63,495 nucleotides of DNA, filler included, from Octopus bimaculoides (GCF_001194135.2; 5 parts of 5 records of this genome joined end to end with filler, not necessarily neighbours in it); one strand, 5' to 3'. Counted from the first letter of the whole stretch, positions 35,772 through 48,426 are shown. Numbers and translations are program-made. The notes: generated from the letters alone by a model not told the origin.

Positions 35772-38700
35772 TTTCAGGTACATGATGCTGCTGTCCCCCA
35801 TCCCAGGGTCTCACGGGCCCATATCTCCCACGCCCTCAGGGTTGGCACTCTCAACATCAGCACACTGAAAGGTAGGTCTGGTGAGATTGTTCAGATGCTT
35901 GAACGGAGATGTGTCAATATCTGCTGCCTCCAAGAAGTNNNNNNNNNNCTTGAACGGAGATGTGTCAATATCTGCTGCCTCCAAGAAGTAATGTGGTGAG
36001 GGGGTTCCTCACAGGCAACGAACACAGGTACAAGATTTTCTGGGCAGGGAACACAGACGGGGGCGTGGGTATACTTCTTGCAGAGAAATGGGTGGATAAG
36101 GTAATCGAGGTAGCGTATGCGATAGAATACTTAGGATTAGATTAGTCCTTGACCATGGGTTAGCAACCATTATCTCGACCTATGCCCCTCAGCTCGGGCT
36201 ACCCGACAGACAGAAAGACCAATTTTATGACACCCTCCTGCAGACTACCTCATTGACGAATGACGGGGACCTTCTCTTTGTGGCTGGTGACCTCAATGGT
36301 CATGTTGGACAACATTCAGGGGGCTTCTATGGCATACATGGAGGCTACGGTTTTGGTTCCCGCAATGAGGAGGGAACCAGGCTGCTGGCGTTCTGTGATG
36401 CAAATGACCTTATGGTCTGCAATACTAACTTCAGGAAACCTGCCAGTCACCTAGTCACCTACCGTTCTGGCAGACATACTAGTCAAATTGACTACATCCT
36501 CGCCAGGAAAAGGGAAAGATGGCTGCTTATAAATGCCAAAACCTTGCCAGGCGAAGAATATACCCCACAACATAGACTAGTAGTTAGTGACTTGAGGATC
36601 AGGGCTAAATGGATGCCCAGAAGACGACCAGCATGGAGGAGAAGATTCTGGAAGCTTAAAGATCCTGCAAATGGACAGAGATTTAGAGACGTATTACTCA
36701 AAGCTTTTGACGAAATAGAAGGGGATATAGCATCACACGATGTGAAAGACAACTGGAGGTTTCTACGGGACAACTTGCTGAGGGCCACTGACCAGATCTG
36801 TGGATGGTGCAAAGTCCACTCTCAACCCAAAATAACATGGTGGTGGAACAAGGAGGTAGACAGGGCTATTAGACAAAAGAAACAGGCTTGGAAGGACTGG
36901 AAGAACAGTGGTAGCAAGGAATTGTATCAGACTGCCAGAAGGGAAGCTAGGCGAGAGGTTTATTTAGCCAGAGGGGAAGCAGATGAGAAAAAATATGCCA
37001 ATGTTCTATGCCATGAGGACCAAAGACTTGAGGTATTTCATGTTGCAAGACAGTGTAGGAGAGAGAATCATGATGTCGTGGGAGAGAAATGTGTTTGCAT
37101 GGATGATGGTACGCTTGCACTAAACAAGGCTGCAAAGAAAGAGGTTTGGAGACGCCACTACGAAAGATTGCTCAATAAAGAGAATGAATAGGAGAAAGAG
37201 AGTCTGTCGAATGTTGNNNNNNNNNNNNNNNNNNNNNNNNNNNNNNNNNNNNNNNNNNNNNNNNNNNNNNNNNNNNNNNNNNNNNNNNNNNNNNNNNNNN
37301 NNNNNNNNNNNNNNNNNNNNNNNNNNNNNNNNNNNNNNNNNNNNNNNNNNNAGTCAACTGCTACAAAAGTAAAGGTGACACTTTAGATACAAATAATTAC
37401 AGAGGTATCAAGTTGTTAGATCAGGTAATGAAAGTCATGGAAAGGGTCATAGCCCAATTGATTAGGGAGAGAGTCAGTTTAGATGAGATGCAGTTTGGGT
37501 TCGTGCCAGGGAAAAGCACCACTGAAGCTATATTTCTGGTAAGACAGCTGCAGGAGAAATACCTAGCCAAGGATAAACCTCTGTACCTGGCTTCTGTCGA
37601 CATGGAGAAAGCCTTTGACAGGGTCCCCCGATCCCTCATATGGTGGTCTATGAGGAAACCAGGGATAGAAGAATGGTTAGTGAGAGCTGTACGAGTCATG
37701 TACAGAGATGCTATCAGTAAGGTGAGGGTTGGCAATGAGTACAATGAAGAATTCCGGGTAGAGGTAGGGGTCCACCAATGTTCAGTCCTCAGCCCCCTCC
37801 TATTTATCATAGTCCTCCAGGCGAGAACAGAGGAATTCAAGACAGGATGCCCCCTGGGAGCTCCTCTATGCTGATGACCTTGCACTAATTGCTGAATCCC
37901 TATCAAAACTAGAGGAGTAGTTTCAGGTGTGGAAGCAAGGACTAGAATCGAAGGGCCTTAGAGTCAACCTAGCTAAAACCAAAGTCCTAATAAGTAGGAA
38001 GGTAGAAAAAACACAAACCCCTTCAGGTAGATGGCCCTGCTCAATCTGTAGAAAAGGCGTAGGTAGAAACTCTATAAAATGCACCCAGTGCAAGCTATGG
38101 ACACATAAGAGGTGCAGCAATATCAAAGGAAGGTTAACTAGGAAGTTAGTTTTTGTATGTGGCAGATGTTCAGGAGCAATAAACACTGTAAATGTGCGGA
38201 AAACAACTTCTGCCACATTCCAGGGAGAAAAACTAGACGTAGTTGATAGCTTCTGTNNNNNNNNNNNNNNNNNNNNNNNNNNNNNNNNNNNNNNNNNNNN
38301 NNNNNNNNNNNNNNNNNNNNNNNNNNNNNNNNNNNNNNNNNNNNNNNNNNNNNNNNNNNNNNNNNNNNNNNNNNNNNNNNNNNNNNNNNNNNNNNNNNNN
38401 NNNNNNNNNNNNNNNNNNNNNNNNNNNNNNNNNNNNNNNNNNNNNNNNNNNNNNNNNNNNNNNNNNNNNNNNNNNNNNNNNNNNNNNNNNNNNNNNNNNN
38501 NNNNNNNNNNNNNNNNNNNNNNNNNNNNNNNNNNNNNNNNNNNNNNNNNNNNNNNNNNNNNNNNNNNNNNNNNNNNNNNNNNNNNNNNNNNNNNNNNNNN
38601 NNNNNNNNNNNNNNNNNNNNNNNNNNNNNNNNNNNNNNNNNNNNNNNNNNNNNNNNNNNNNNNNNNNNNNNNNNNNNNNNNNNNNNNNNNNNNNNNNNNN

Positions 38701-39300
38701 NNNNNNNNNNNNNNNNNNNNNNNNNNNNNNNNNNNNNNNNNNNNNNNNNNNNNNNNNNNNNNNNNNNNNNNNNNNNNNNNNNNNNNNNNNNNNNNGAAGA
38801 CCTGTTGGGGCAAGTGAAATCGGAATCGAAATTGAACCATACTCAATGACTGGCACCTGCGCCAGTGGAGCACTAACGGCACTGTCCAAGCATGTTCGTT
38901 GCCAGAGCAGCTGTCTGGCTTCCATGCTAGTAGCCTGTAAATAGCACCATTTGAGCGTAATCGTTACCAGCGTCGCCTTCTAGCACTTGTGCTGGTGGCA
39001 CGTTAGAAAATCATTTGAGCGAGGTCGTTGCCAGTACCGCTGGACTGGCTCCCGTGCTGGTGGCTTGTAAAAAACACCTTTGAGCGAGGCCATTGCCAGT
39101 ACCGTGTGACTGGCCCTCGTGCTGGTGGCACGTAAAAGCACCCACTACACTCTCGGAGTGGTTGGCGTTAGGAAGGGTATCCAGCTGTAGAAACTCTGCC
39201 AGATCAGATTGGAGCCTGGTGCAGCCTTCTGGCTTGCCAGTCCTCAGTCAAATCGTCCAACCCATGCTAGCATGGAAATTGGACGTTAAACGATGATGAT
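35772..39300 (+). mobile_element. RTE-clade LINE (second family), near full length, frameshifted, with minisatellite-bearing 3' UTR and (GAT)n tail
   Basis: APE: LRVGTLNISTLKGRSGE...CCLQE, AGDLNGHVG, SQIDYIL. RT: YRGIKLL, QFGFVPGKSTTEAIF, DMEKAFDRVPR, GVHQCSVLSPLLF, LLYADDL (frameshifted). 3' end GGGTATCCAGCTGTAGAAAC...GACGTTAAAC(GAT)n. Confidence 0.92.
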
Positions 39301-41999
39301 GATATATATATATATATATATTTGATGGGCTTGGAGGTGGTGGTGATGCTGGCTGGTGTGATTTTGTGTTTTGCTGTTATGCTGAGAAAAATCCACTTCT
39401 GTTTCTCATATATTCTAAGTACAGCTGCTGTTGTTCTTGACTCATGTGTTCTCGATTCTGTTGATCTCCATCTCTCTTATTTCGAAAATACGCTTCTCTT
39501 TGGTTCATTTGTTCTATCCTTTGCTGATTTCTTTCCTCCCCCCCCCCCNNNNNNNNNNNNNNNNNNNNNNNNNNNNNNNNNNNNNNNNNNNNNNNNNNNN
39601 NNNNNNNNNNNNNNNNNNNNNNNNNNNNNNNNNNNNNNNNNNNNNNNNNNNNNNNNNNNNNNNNNNNNNNNNNNNNNNNNNNNNNNNNNNNNNNNNNNNN
39701 NNNNNNNNNNNNNNNNNNNNNNNNNNNNNNNNNNNNNNNNNNNNNNNNNNNNNNNNNNNNNNNNNNNNNNNNNNNNNNNNNNNNNNNNNNNNNNNNNNNN
39801 NNNNNNNNNNNNNNNNNNNNNNNNNNNNNNNNNNNNNNNNNNNNNNNNNNNNNNNNNNNNNNNNNNNNNNNNNNNNNNNNNNNNNNNNNNNNNNNNNNNN
39901 NNNNNNNNNNNNNNNNNNNNNNNNNNNNNNNNNNNNNNNNNNNNNNNNNNNNNNNNNNNNNNNNNNNNNNNNNNNNNNNNNNNNNNNNNNNNNNNNNNNN
40001 NNNNNNNNNNNNNNNNNNNNNNNNNNNNNNNNNNNNNNNNNNNNNNNNNNNNNNNNNNNNNNNNNNNNNNNNNNNNNNNNNNNNNNNNNNNNNNNNNNNN
40101 NNNNNNNNNNNNNNNNNNNNNNNNNNNNNNNNNNNNNNNNNNNNNNNNNNNNNNNNNNNNNNNNNNNNNNNNNNNNNNNNNNNNNNNNNNNNNNNNNNNN
40201 NNNNNNNNNNGAGTGTGTGTGTGTCTTTTAATTTTTGCTTACACATCAACAAATGAGCCAATTGGACAACTCTGTGTGATTGTTCTTTTTGCTAGAAATA
40301 ACAGCTAAATCTCTCTCATACTAAGCCCTTGTTCGTATTAAGAAAAGGGAAAAAATAGAATTAATATTTTTGATTTTGTTTGGCTCTGTGAATTTAATTT
40401 TTCTTTTAAATGCTTTCGTCCATTACAAGAAAAGAGAAATTAGAAAAATCCTGACCAAAACAGAGAAATTTTAACTTAACAAAGGATATAGAAAGAGAAA
40501 GAAAAGGTTGTATTCAGAAGCCAAAAGATGCTTTTTAGCTGAGGTGTAATATTATAATTAAAACAAATTCAAAATTTAAATTTTGGAACATAAACCATAA
40601 CATGTTATCTTGTGTATGGCCAAATTCACAAGGGTAGAAGACCTACAACAAATGTGTGTGTGTGTGTGGTTGGGCCTTTAATAGCCAGGGGTCAATTTTA
40701 GTTCAGTTGTAGAAAGTATTCAAATACTTATCAGCCACTCCCTCTCACTCTCTTTCTCTTTCTCTCTCACTTCCTCTCTCCCTTGCTCGACACACGCGTC
40801 AAATTTAAGTATCTTAATTTTCTCATTAAAATCGTTGATACTTTGGTGGCCCAGTAGGCAGTTAGAAAATTTTTTTAAGCAATAAAATTTCTTTCTCTTA
40901 AGCGTGACACACATGTCAGGTACATACAAAAAGCAAATTGGCACATTAATATGATTGATGTTATATGACATAGCATTCATTTAATTTGGTAGATCAATAT
41001 TACATGCAAAATGTAATTTTATACAAAGACTATAAAAGATGAAAGAATAAGTTAAGTAAATTAAATCAAATAAAATAATTGGAGTATATTATAAGACATA
41101 ACATACATTCAACTAGGTAGGTTAACTTACATGCGAAATGTAATTTTATACAAAAATTATAAAGGTGAAGGAATAAGTAAAGTAAATTAAATCAAATAAG
41201 ACAAAATACAATAAATACAATAAAATAAGAGTTAATTTTAAACCTAACAAAGAATGAATATGCTATTTAAAGGATGTACTAATAGTACATGACAGTGATA
41301 AATGCAAGGTATAATATAATGTGGGAAAATAAGAAATTTTGTGGAATAAAATGTTACTATCAATACAGATTAGAATAAGAGATAAAAAAAATAAGGAATT
41401 AAACCAGGTTAAAACCAAAGAGTATTTTACATAATATATGTGGAAATCAGAACATATATCTGATAAATTAATATTATATCCTGAATTAAGAACTTATAAA
41501 AGGTAAATAATACTGAAAGGAAATAGAGAATGGAGACCATAAATCCATATAACTTTCACATATATAGGCACACACACACATACACACAAAAACACCTGGT
41601 AAAAGCTAGATAAATTGGGTTGATCATAGAATTTAGATTAAATTTAATATAGTTTATGGGAAAGGGATAAATAAGTTAATATATAAGATATAGATGAATA
41701 TTAATGCAGGGGTAAGATATATATGAATATTAATGTAAGGGCAAATATATATCCATACATAAAGCCGGGGTTAAAATTATGTTGATTTTTAAAGAGGAGC
41801 TTAATGTAGTTAAACGGAAAAAAGGTTAAATATGTAGTCAAATGGGTTAGACATGGATGCAAATGCAAGTGATAAAATAAATAAATAATTAAATAATATT
41901 ATATCGGTATTTTGAGAATACAAATTTAGTCCTATGAATACAAGAGGAGTTGCATTCATCGTGAAGGTTAAGAATAGGTATGTATCTTGCCAATGAAAA

Positions 42000-42405
42000 A
42001 AGGGCAAGCCAAGTGAGATCGTTGCCAGTGCCCCTGGACTGGCTCTTGTGCGGGTGGCACATAAGATGTACCATCCTGAGCGTGACCGTTGCCAGTACCG
42101 CCTGACTGGCCTTGTAGGGTTTTTGAGCGAGATCGTTGCCAGTACCCCTGGACTGGCTCTTGTGCAGGTGGCACATAAAAGACACCATTTCGAGCGTAGC
42201 CGTTTTCGTGCGGGTGACATGTAAAAGCACCCACTACACTCTCTGAGTGGTTGGCGTTAGGAAGGGCATCCAGCTGTAGAAACTCTGCCAAATTAGGTTG
42301 GAGCCTGGTGTAGCCATCCTGTTGCACCAGTCCTCAGTCAAATCGTCCAACCCATGCTAGCATGGAAAGCGGACGTTAAACGATGATGATGATGATGATG
42401 ATGAT
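42000..42405 (+). mobile_element. RTE 3'-end-derived element (minisatellite plus RTE tail)
   Basis: About three ~65-bp units, then GGTTGGCGTTAGGAAGGGCATCCAGCTGTAG...GGACGTTAAAC(GAT)n. Confidence 0.85.
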
Positions 42406-42449
42406 GACATATATAAATATATATATACAACTTTCAGGAAAATGGATAT

Positions 42450-42880
42450 ATCATCATCATCATCATTGTTTAACGTCCACTTTCCATGCTAGAATGGGTT
42501 GGATGATTTGAATGAGGACTGGTGAACTAGATGGCTGCACCAGGCTCCAATCTGATCTGGCAGAGTTTCTACAGCTGGAGGCCCTTCCTAACGCCAATCA
42601 CTTCGAGAGTGTAGTGGGTGCTTTTACGTGTCACCGGCATGAGGGCCAGTCAGGCAGTACTGGCAATGGCCATGCTCAAAATGGTATTTTTTTATGTGCC
42701 ACCTGCACAGTATCCAGTCCAGCGGCACTGGCAACAACCTCGCTCGAATGTTTTCAAACGTGCCACCGGCACAAGTGCCAGTAAGGCGACATTGGTAACG
42801 ATCACACTCAAATGGTGCTATTTACGTGTCACCGGCACGGAAGCCAGGCAGCTGCTCTTGCAATGATCACGCTCGGATGA
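42450..42880 (-). mobile_element. RTE 3'-end-derived element, inverted relative to 42000-42405
   Basis: (CAT)n, GTTTAACGTCCACTTTCCATGCTAG...GCCCTTCCTAACGCCAATC and reversed minisatellite units. Confidence 0.85.
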
Positions 42881-44938
42881 TATTTATGTATACAAATGAG
42901 TAAATATTTATGTATATATATGTGTATTTATGTTAAACGATGATGATGATGATGATATATCCAAGAAAGTTAGGGGTTGTGAATCCAACCCACTAAGTGA
43001 TAATATCTATCCAATATACTGCTGGAAGAATACCCAATTATTATTACACTAGTGTTTTTTCATTGCATGGCAATTTCATTACCAAGTGCAATAAATGGGT
43101 GCAGGTAAAAAGTTATTTTACCATTAAATTTATATAGCAATAAGAAAATGGAGGGGATTATTAGATGGTATTCATCAACTTGCAGACATTGTATTTATAT
43201 TGAAAAGAAAAAAAAAAAACCCAACACCCTTCCCTCCTAGTTCTATGCCTTGGCCTTCAAGCAGACTATTCACATGCTAGAAATAACAGCTAAATCTCAC
43301 ATGGGCAAGACCATTTTCAGTTCCACAAACACACGATGTTTTGCGCTGGTCAAATGATTCTCTTTAATTTCACTTTGGCACAGTNNNNNNNNNNNNNNNN
43401 NNNNNNNNNNNNNNNNNNNNNNNNNNNNNNNNNNNNNNNNNNNNNNNNNNNNNNNNNNNNNNNNNNNNNNNNNNNNNNNNNNNNNNNNNNNNNNNNNNNN
43501 NNNNNNNNNNNNNNNNNNNNNNNNNNNNNNNNNNNNNNNNNNNNNNNNNNNNNNNNNNNNNNNNNNNNNNNNNNNNNNNNNNNNNNNNNNNNNNNNNNNN
43601 NNNNNNNNNNNNNNNNNNNNNNNNNNNNNNNNNNNNNNNNNNNNNNNNNNNNNNNNNNNNNNNNNNNNNNNNNNNNNNNNNNNNNNNNNNNNNNNNNNNN
43701 NNNNNNNNNNNNNNNNNNNNNNNNNNNNNNNNNNNNNNNNNNNNNNNNNNNNNNNNNNNNNNNNNNNNNNNNNNNNNNNNNNNNNNNNNNNNNNNNNNNN
43801 NNNNNNNNNNNNNNNNNNNNNNNNNNNNNNNNNNNNNNNNNNNNNNNNNNNNNNNNNNNNNNNNNNNNNNNNNNNNNNNNNNNNNNNNNNNNNNNNNNNN
43901 NNNNNNNNNNNNNNNNNNNNNNNNNNNNNNNNNNNNNNNNNNNNNNNNNNNNNNNNGCGCGTAAAGCAACGGGAAAGTGGAGAGAGGACTTCGAAAAATT
44001 CACAAAATCCGAGTTTTTCCCTCATAACTTTTAGAAAAATGGGGGTTTTTTTCAATGAAATTTTATGGAAATACTTTTCAAACGGCATATATTACGATTA
44101 TAACGTGAAGTTTCCGAAACTCCTCTCTCCACCCTACCAGATTCGTTTGCGCAATTTTTTTTTTGTCATATTCGTTTTCTACTCAGTTAACACCCAACAG
44201 GCTGGGTTTTTTTGTTTTTTTTTAACGGGTGAAGATCTTTATATTAACCGCGACGTTTTCCTCAAATCGTATCTTACCTTCTTGGAAATGACGAATAATA
44301 GATAACTTTCATTGTCAAATTAAAAATATAAACACGGTTTTTTCCCTTGAACTTTTTCTGGGAATTGTCTCCCCTGAACCAGTCTATTATTTTCTGAATG
44401 TTTTTGTTTTGGTTAAAGAAATTGGGTAAAAGTTGCTACTGGTAAGTTTTAAATGTTTGTCCTTGTCGATAAGCTTACCGATATAAAGCAAATTATGAAA
44501 AATATCAAATAAAAATGTAAATGACGGCAAGACTTCCGCCCGTCCGTCCCCCCATCAAACCACCCGTTAAAAAATTTTTTTTTTTGGACACAAGCCCCAC
44601 TTTTCGGCTTCGGAGAATACGTATCAGCCAAAAAATTGGCTAAAAATCAGCATTTTTAAAATTACCAGCCTACCCCCATTTCCTTCATTTTTTTTTTTTA
44701 CTTNNNNNNNNNNNNNNNNNNNNNNNNNNNNNNNNNNNNNNNNNNNNTTAATTAATTAANNNNNNNNNNNNNNNNNNNNNNNNNNNNNNNNNNNNNNNNN
44801 NNNACAGAATAATGCCACACACTAGACTTCCAAAATAAACACATTTTTACCGTATGCGAGGAAAAGCAACTCTTAAAAAAACAAACTTTTAAAAACGAAC
44901 ATATATATATATATATACATACACATGTTATTTTGCAG

Positions 44939-45011
44939 TTATTAGTTGCAAAGAGCCGGGAATACCGAATGAGGCGCAAAGGACAGCCAAACGGCCAATC
45001 GGCAGCAGAGT
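44939..45011 (+). CDS. Factor C-like CCP-serine protease, first visible exon (N-half of CCP/sushi; phase 1 to 2)
   Basis: TTTTGCAG|TT...GT|GTAAGT; xISCKEPGIPNEAQRTAKRPIGSR; phase joins the 46233 exon to give GTG (Val). Not in the ORF track. Confidence 0.8.
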
Positions 45012-45569
45012 GTAAGTAAAAATCACATTCGTTGATTTAAACTAATAAACCAATCTAATTGAAGATGTTAATATAATTGACAAAATTGATTTAAAAAAAG
45101 TGTAACGTGTGCACAAATTTATATAACAATTGACACAAAATACCAATGCTTTGATTCCGATTCTCTGTAAATTGTCGTTTGTAATCCTACAGAGTGTGAG
45201 AAAGCAGTTCGGAATTTTATAAACGTTTGATAAACGTTTCAACAATTGACACACATACTCCACTGCTCCAAATCGTATTAATAATAATTAATAGCTACTT
45301 GAAGACACCATTACGAGTTGTCTAAACTTCAGAAGTGTCACGTCAATGGCCGAATTATAAAAAGGAGGTCTTTTTCTGTCATACTCTGTACATGCAAAGA
45401 TTTCGAGTTGCGTTTATTTATTATCGTTGATAATAGCTGTACGTGTCGGGGTTTCGATTCCACCGAGTGTCACTTTGGTTATCAGTAAATGACAGGTGGA
45501 ATTTAGGAGACGGAAAATCAGTCGCATGTATGTATGTATGTATGTATGTATGTATGTATGTATGTATTG

Positions 45570-45870
45570 TGAAGGTGCGTGGCCTAGTGGTTAGGGTATT
45601 CGGCTCACAATCGTAAGTTCGTGAGTTCGATTCCCAGGGATGCGTTGTGTCCTTGAGCAAGACGCTTTATTTCACGTCGCTCCAGTCCACTCAGTTGGCA
45701 AAAATAAGTTGTACCTGTATTTCAAAGGGTCAGCCTTGTCCCATTTTGTGTCACGCTGAATCTACCTGAGAACTGCTTGGAGATTATCCATTTCTGTGGA
45801 GTACTCAGTCACTTGCAAGTTAATTTCAGGAGCGGGCTGTTCCGTTGATCGGAGCGACTGGAACCGACGG
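45570..45870 (+). mobile_element. SINE family C
   Basis: GAAGGTGCGTGGCCTAGTGGTTAGGGTATTCGGC...GAGTTCGATTCCC...CCTTGAGCAAGACGCTTTATTTCAC. Confidence 0.8.
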
Positions 45871-46173
45871 TGTGCCAGTTAAGTTAATTCATGTATGTAT
45901 GTATGTATGTATGTATGTATGTATGTATGCATGCATGTATGTATGTATGTATGTATGTATGTATGTATGTATGTTATGTATGCATGTTTCCATCAGCGAA
46001 ATTCACTCACGTGGTTTGGTTGGCCTGCGAACATCTTGAATAAGACATTTACCCAAAGTGCTACGCAGTGTATTTGAACCCGAAACCACGTAGTTACAAA
46101 GCAAACTTCTTAATCTCACAGCCAACGCTGCGCCTACACGCACACACATACACACACACACACACATACACAT

Positions 46174-46204
<31 letters not shown>

Positions 46205-46232
46205 TTTCTCAAATATTATATTTCGTATCCAG

Positions 46233-46363
46233 GCGTGACGATTTCCCCATCGGTACGGTGTTGAGTTTTAAATGCCCATCGTTATATAAACTCTACGGAT
46301 CAGCAAACCGTAAATGTTTACCGACCACTGAGTGGACAGGGTCTCAACCTACCTGTGTCCCAG
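46233..46363 (+). CDS. Factor C-like protease, C-half of CCP/sushi (phase 2 to 1)
   Basis: TCCAG|G...G|GTAAG; RDDFPIGTVLSFKCPSLYKLYGSANRKCLPTTEWTGSQPTCVP (C..C..W..C sushi pattern). Confidence 0.92.
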
Positions 46364-46396
46364 GTAAGATCGAAACATTGAACCTATATAAGAATT

Positions 46397-46429
<33 letters not shown>

Positions 46430-46546
46430 NNNNNNNNNNNNNNNNNNNNNNNNNNNNNNNNNNNNNNNNNNNNNNNNNNNNNNNGAGAGAGAGGGGGGAG
46501 AGAGAGAGAGAGAGAGGGGGGAAGACAGTAATCCACGTCATCTTTT

Positions 46547-47115
46547 AATTGTTTCAGTCATTGGACTGTGGCCATGCTGGAGCAACACTTTGAGCGATTT
46601 TAGTCGAAGAAAACGAATCCTCTCATGCCTATTGTTTTGTCTGCTACTAAATTACATCGGTCCCTTTTGCTGAGCCGCTTATATACTGGGGCGTAAACAA
46701 ACCATAGCCGGTCGATCAACGGTGGTGAAGGCCAAATGCACATATTCACGCCCAAATGCACATATTCACGCCCAAATGTACATATTCACACACACACACA
46801 CACAATCACACACGCTCGCACACACACTCATACATACACTCACACACTCACACACATACAAGCACACTCACACACACAAACACACTCACACATACACACA
46901 CTCACACACATACAAGCACACTCACACACATACAAGCACACTCACACACACAAACACACTCACACATACACACACTCACACATACACACACTCACACACA
47001 CGCACACTCATACTCACGTATTCGTCGAGTTTCCGCACAGTCTCCGTCTACCAATTCACTCAAAAGGCATTGATCGTCCCGAGGCGATAAATAGAATATA
47101 TCTGCCCAATGTATC
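46547..47115 (-). mobile_element. SINE family A, diverged, with expanded (CA)-rich interior
   Basis: TTTCAGTCATTGGACTGTGGCCATGCTGGAGC...CCGTCTACCAATTCACTCA; includes a short ~20-bp tandem repeat near 46732-46790. Confidence 0.7.
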
Positions 47116-47124
47116 GTGCTGTGA

Positions 47125-47267
47125 TGTTAAGAAACTTGCTTTTCAATCAGGTGGTTTTAAGTTCAGTCCAACAGCGCGGCACCTTGGATAAGTCTCTTCT
47201 ACTATAGCCCCGAGCTAACCAAAGCCTCCTGATTGGATTTGGCAGACGGAAACTGAATAAACCCTTG

Positions 47268-47353
<86 letters not shown>

Positions 47354-47520
47354 TTTGTGTTTGTCTCTACAACATAGCAGTTCGGCAAACATTCCGATTA
47401 AGTAAGCCCCAGGTTTACTTAGGTATTGGGGTCGATTTGTTCGACTAAATCGTTCAGGGTGTTGCCCTAGCATGACCGTAGTCCAATGACTGAAAGAAGC
47501 AAAAGACAAAAGATGAAAGA
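47125..47520 (+). mobile_element. SINE family A, diverged, head-to-head with the previous copy
   Basis: GGCACCTTGGATAAGTCTCTTCTACTATAG...(TG)n...GCATGACCGTAGTCCAATGACTGAAAG. Confidence 0.75.
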
Positions 47521-47672
47521 TAAATAATAATTCCATTTTTCTCTTTCATGAACTCAAAAACTTGTCACCGATTATACTCGTTCACAGCTTCTGTAACAAT
47601 GTTTTCATTCGATGACACATTCGTTCATTTCAATAATTACATTCGTTTATTCCGTTATTCTTTTCAATTTAG

Positions 47673-47965
47673 AATGTGGACGAACCAGCAAACATGATTT
47701 GGACGTGGAGAATATACTCGGTGGTAGAGCATATCCTCGAGAAGCTATGCCGTGGCATGCGGCCATATCCACAGACATCGGTCTGAATGAAGTGGTCCTT
47801 AGATGCGGTGGCACTCTGATCAGCGATCGCTGGGTTTTGACCGCGGCACATTGTATCACAGCCTCAACATCCAAGGACTCCCTACCTCTACGTCAGATCA
47901 CGGTTCACATCAGTAAAGTGTACGCAAATAACTCTCGGGATGACAGATATGTCCAGAAGTTTCAG
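47673..47965 (+). CDS. Factor C-like protease, linker plus protease N-terminus with His57 (phase 1 to 0)
   Basis: TTTAG|AA...CAG|GTATG; (E)CGRTSKHDLDVEN-ILGG...MPWHAAIS...CGGTLISDRWVLTAAHC...KVYANNSRDDRYVQKFQ. Confidence 0.95.
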
Positions 47966-48426
47966 GTATGGAGGACACACATTATTATTTCTTACATTTA
48001 ATTGTTTATGCTATGATTTTATTTACTCCATGTACTCAGTCTTTGTGGATACCCTGTATAGTAGTTCTCTCTGTCAAAACTTTAAAACGTATCACCCGCT
48101 TCTCATCCCGAGCGCATCGTCTCTCTCTCTCTCTCTTGAGCTTCCTGTTACTCATGACTCCTTTTATTCTTACAGCTTATTTCCTCGAACTGCTGTTCTC
48201 TGGAACTCACTATCAGCATCTTCTTTTCCTCTGGTCTATGATATTCAGTCTTTTAAGCTTTCTGTCAAAGAACATCTTTGAATTTGGCGGACCCTTCTTT
48301 TCCCTTTTTTGTAGTACAGTACGCCACAGTAGCTTCATGTCTTGTTTGGGACAAAATCGTTAAGAAAATACTAATTGGTATTGTTTTTGTTTCTTTTTTT
48401 CTTCTTTTCCACCAATCGCAATTTAG

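Noticed and set aside
35898-35989. Exact 41-bp direct duplication in the RTE endonuclease region
   Set aside because: The two copies flank a 10-N gap; most likely overlapping contig ends.
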